Assembly: GCA_963636105.1 (NCBI GenBank)
Contig: CAVHIG010000002.1
Coordinates: forward strand, 1-57,856
Length of the DNA stretch: 57,856 bases
Direction of reading: 5' to 3'
Source of the DNA: Anaerovoracaceae bacterium
GTDB taxonomy: Bacteria > Bacillota > Clostridia > Peptostreptococcales > Anaerovoracaceae
Positions 55,705 to 57,856 of the stretch are shown here, in pieces. The notes beneath the pieces were generated by a model, which was not told the DNA's origin, ran no database searches, and saw nothing but the letters and a program-made list of their open reading frames with translations. A program made the translations under genes and the position numbers. Position 1 is the first letter of the stretch. Each line of letters starts with the position of its first letter.

Positions 55705-56925
55705 ATGCATGTAAAAAGCACACAAATAAGTAAAGAAATAATAAAAATAACCAAAGAGGTAAGTCTTGACATCACCAGAAGCCCCGGCGAAATCACAGAC
55801 GGGGAGGCGCTTGCAATTATTGAGAAAAAGGTGCTCGCAAGTAAGCTTTTGGCCGTGTGTGACATGGGCACAAAGAGAAAGATGGCGGAGCGCATATTTT
55901 TCTCACTGCGAAAGGATCTTGATCTGCTGCAGCCCTATGCGGACGACCCCGCCGTTTCCGAGATAATGGTAAATGGCAAGGATTGCATATTTGTCGAAAA
56001 AAACGGCGTGCTCGAGCGAGTAGAGGAAGAATTTGAGTCGGATGAGGCAGTGGAAGAGGTGATGCGCAGGATTTGCAGGGGAGTGCATCGTGAGATAAAT
56101 GAACTAAGCCCGATAGTGGATGCGAGGCTTCCGGACGGCTCCAGGGTAAACGCGGTATACAAAAATATCGCGATAAACGGCCCTGCGCTCACAATAAGGA
56201 AGTTTCCGCAAAACGGCATAACGATGGACATGCTGATAGCGAGCGGCACGATTACGCAGGAAGCGGCGCTGTTTCTGCAGCGACTTGTGGCGGCGGGCTA
56301 CAATATTTTCATAAGCGGCGGAACATCGTCGGGCAAGACGACATTTCTGAATGTGCTTTCTGATTTTATCCCGAAGGAGGAGCGCGTGATAGTGATAGAG
56401 GATTCGGCGGAGCTTCAGATAAGGGGTATTCAAAATATAGTGCGGCTTGAATGTCGAAATGCGAATGTGCAGGGGCGCGGTGAGGTAGACATGCAAAAGC
56501 TGATAAAGGCAAGCCTTCGTATGCGTCCAAACCGCATAATTGTGGGCGAGGTGCGCGGCAAGGAGGTCATGGATATGATACAGGCGATGAATACAGGGCA
56601 TGACGGCTCGCTTTCGACAGGGCACGGAAATTCCGTGGAAGGTATGCTTAGGAGGCTTGAGTCTATGTTTTTGCAGGCGGCGGCGTTTCCGGCGGAGGCG
56701 ATAAGGGCGCAGATTGCAGAGGGGATAGATATTATGGTGCACCTTGCGAGGCTGCCGGATCGGAGCAGGCGTGTTGTGGAAATTGCGGAGATTTTGCCTT
56801 TTGCGGGCGGGATGGGAGCGATGATTGAGAAGAATGTGCTCTTTCGCTATAAGGTGGGAGAAGGGCTTTTGAGAACGGAGAATGATCTCTTGAGAACAGA
56901 AAAGCTTGTACTGAAGGGCGTGTAA
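55705..56925 (+). CDS. cpaF: CpaF/TadA-family secretion ATPase (Tad/Flp pilus)
   Basis: Walker A GGTSSGKTT, Walker B VIVIEDSAEL, His box GHDGSLSTGHGNS and IMVNG motif. ATG 55705 is preferred over 55654. Confidence 0.9.
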   Translation: MHVKSTQISKEIIKITKEVSLDITRSPGEITDGEALAIIEKKVLASKLLAVCDMGTKRKMAERIFFSLRKDLDLLQPYADDPAVSEIMVNGKDCIFVEKNGVLERVEEEFESDEAVEEVMRRICRGVHREINELSPIVDARLPDGSRVNAVYKNIAINGPALTIRKFPQNGITMDMLIASGTITQEAALFLQRLVAAGYNIFISGGTSSGKTTFLNVLSDFIPKEERVIVIEDSAELQIRGIQNIVRLECRNANVQGRGEVDMQKLIKASLRMRPNRIIVGEVRGKEVMDMIQAMNTGHDGSLSTGHGNSVEGMLRRLESMFLQAAAFPAEAIRAQIAEGIDIMVHLARLPDRSRRVVEIAEILPFAGGMGAMIEKNVLFRYKVGEGLLRTENDLLRTEKLVLKGV

Positions 56926-56992
56926 ATTGCGGTGATGGCAAGCTGCGTGGGCTGCGCCATATGGATTATGCGGGCAGAAGGGATTTGGGAAA

Positions 56993-57751
56993 GTGAGGCA
57001 GGCGATGCTTACGGATTATAAGGTATATAGTCTTACAAAAAAGGAAAAACGTGACTTTGTGATTGTGGCTTCCGTGGGAATTTTTACTATGGCATATCTT
57101 TTTTATCACAGCATAATTTTGTCAGCGGCGGCGCTTTTAAGCCTTCCTTTTTTGAGGCCTATGTATGAGAAATATATGGCAAAGAAGAGGCAGCATCTTT
57201 TGAAGGAGCAATTTCGCGACCTGCTGTACTCACTTTCGGCTTCCTTTGCGGCAGGCAGACAGATGCCGGAGGCGCTTGCTGAGGCGCCGGAAAATTTGGG
57301 ATATATATATGATAAGGATGCTCCGATAATGCTTGAGCTCACGCAGATGGTACGGGGTATTTTCGAGGGGCATGAAAGGGAGGATCTTCTGCTTTTGGAT
57401 TTCGGGAGAAGAAGCGGTATAGAGGATATAAAGAGCTTTGCGGAGGTATATGTCACAAGCAGAAGCACGGGCGCGGATATGTGCAGCGTGATTACGAGGA
57501 CGGCGGACAGCCTTGCTGAGAAGATGAATATTGAAAGGGAGATAGAGGCTATTACGGCGCAAAAACGGCTTGAGGGTAAGCTCATAAGTCTTATGCCTTG
57601 TATTGTGATACTGGCACTCAATTTGATTTCGCCCGATTATCTGGAAGCTTTGTATAGCGGATTTGGCGGGAGACTGATAATGACAGCTTGTCTTGCGGCT
57701 ATAGGGTATGCGTACTATTTGATAATGAAGCTGACGGATATAGCTGTGTAA
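56993..57751 (+). CDS. tadB: Type II secretion system F-family protein (TadB-like)
   Basis: 252 aa with one N-terminal TM, a T2SSF-like cytoplasmic helical domain (LRDLLYSLSASFAAGRQMPEAL) and C-terminal TM helices. The start is GTG 56993 or ATG 57005. Confidence 0.8.
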   Translation: MRQAMLTDYKVYSLTKKEKRDFVIVASVGIFTMAYLFYHSIILSAAALLSLPFLRPMYEKYMAKKRQHLLKEQFRDLLYSLSASFAAGRQMPEALAEAPENLGYIYDKDAPIMLELTQMVRGIFEGHEREDLLLLDFGRRSGIEDIKSFAEVYVTSRSTGADMCSVITRTADSLAEKMNIEREIEAITAQKRLEGKLISLMPCIVILALNLISPDYLEALYSGFGGRLIMTACLAAIGYAYYLIMKLTDIAV

Positions 57752-57856
57752 CAGCATATTTGCAAACGTATACTTTTTCAAACTACCTTTGAAGATTTGG
57801 GGGCTAAAGCTGTCTTTGGCCTGGTGCTCCTCGCAGGAGACAGCTAAGCTCGCCTC

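Noticed and set aside
57788-57856. A possible TTG-initiated ORF (MKIWGLKLSLAWCSSQETAKLA...) running off the window edge, considered as the start of tadC.
   Set aside because: It has no SD, only about 22 codons are visible, and an 8-bp hairpin (AGCTGTCT..AGACAGCT) overlaps it. It cannot be supported from this window.

Overview
This 57.9-kb segment reads like core chromosome of a medium-GC Firmicute of the class Clostridia, probably Lachnospiraceae-like. That placement is inferred from gene content, synteny and SD/sigma-A promoter style, with no search run.

I support about 48 protein genes, one cluster of 6 tRNAs, and a set of promoters, terminators and repeats. I saw no rRNA, CRISPR array, transposase, integrase or phage gene.

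Gene order:
- rqcP-like, folT (-), carD, yacL-like PIN/TRAM, fused ispDF, proS
- split chromate-transporter pair, NUDIX, ppiB, LysM/G5/M23 peptidase, CYTH
- tig-clpP-clpX-lon-engB, DUF1232, hpt, orphan pduL
- GntR regulator, malic enzyme, fumC
- (-) MFP-RND-TetR efflux operon, Sir2 deacylase, oppBCDFA, dinB (-)
- an A+T-rich two-gene islet of unknown function, a VanG-like D-Ala-D-X ligase
- tRNA Met-Val-Asp-His-Gln-Cys
- ferredoxin-like (-) / Crp-Fnr pair, rsmJ-like methyltransferase, a giant PBP1 (-), comEC, a Cu-amine-oxidase-N-domain secreted protein
- a Tad/Flp-type locus (tadZ-like, cpaF, tadB) interrupted by a Kef-type antiporter and a divergent PLP decarboxylase

Most of the window is ordinary housekeeping, and I do not see a clear-cut novel multigene system such as a defence island. 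The candidates most worth a second look are:
1. The orphan hyper-acidic membrane protein plus small basic tail-anchored protein at 35.7-37.0 kb.
2. The split Tad locus lying next to comEC, a possible Tad-driven DNA-uptake machine.
3. The repeat-rich control region between the RND operon and the sirtuin gene.
4. The orphan VanG-like ligase.
5. Several small regulatory oddities: an ATGA-coupled uORF, a leaderless-looking comEC, and degenerate 16-nt repeats.

All family calls come from motif recognition by eye. GC and codon statements are visual, not computed.
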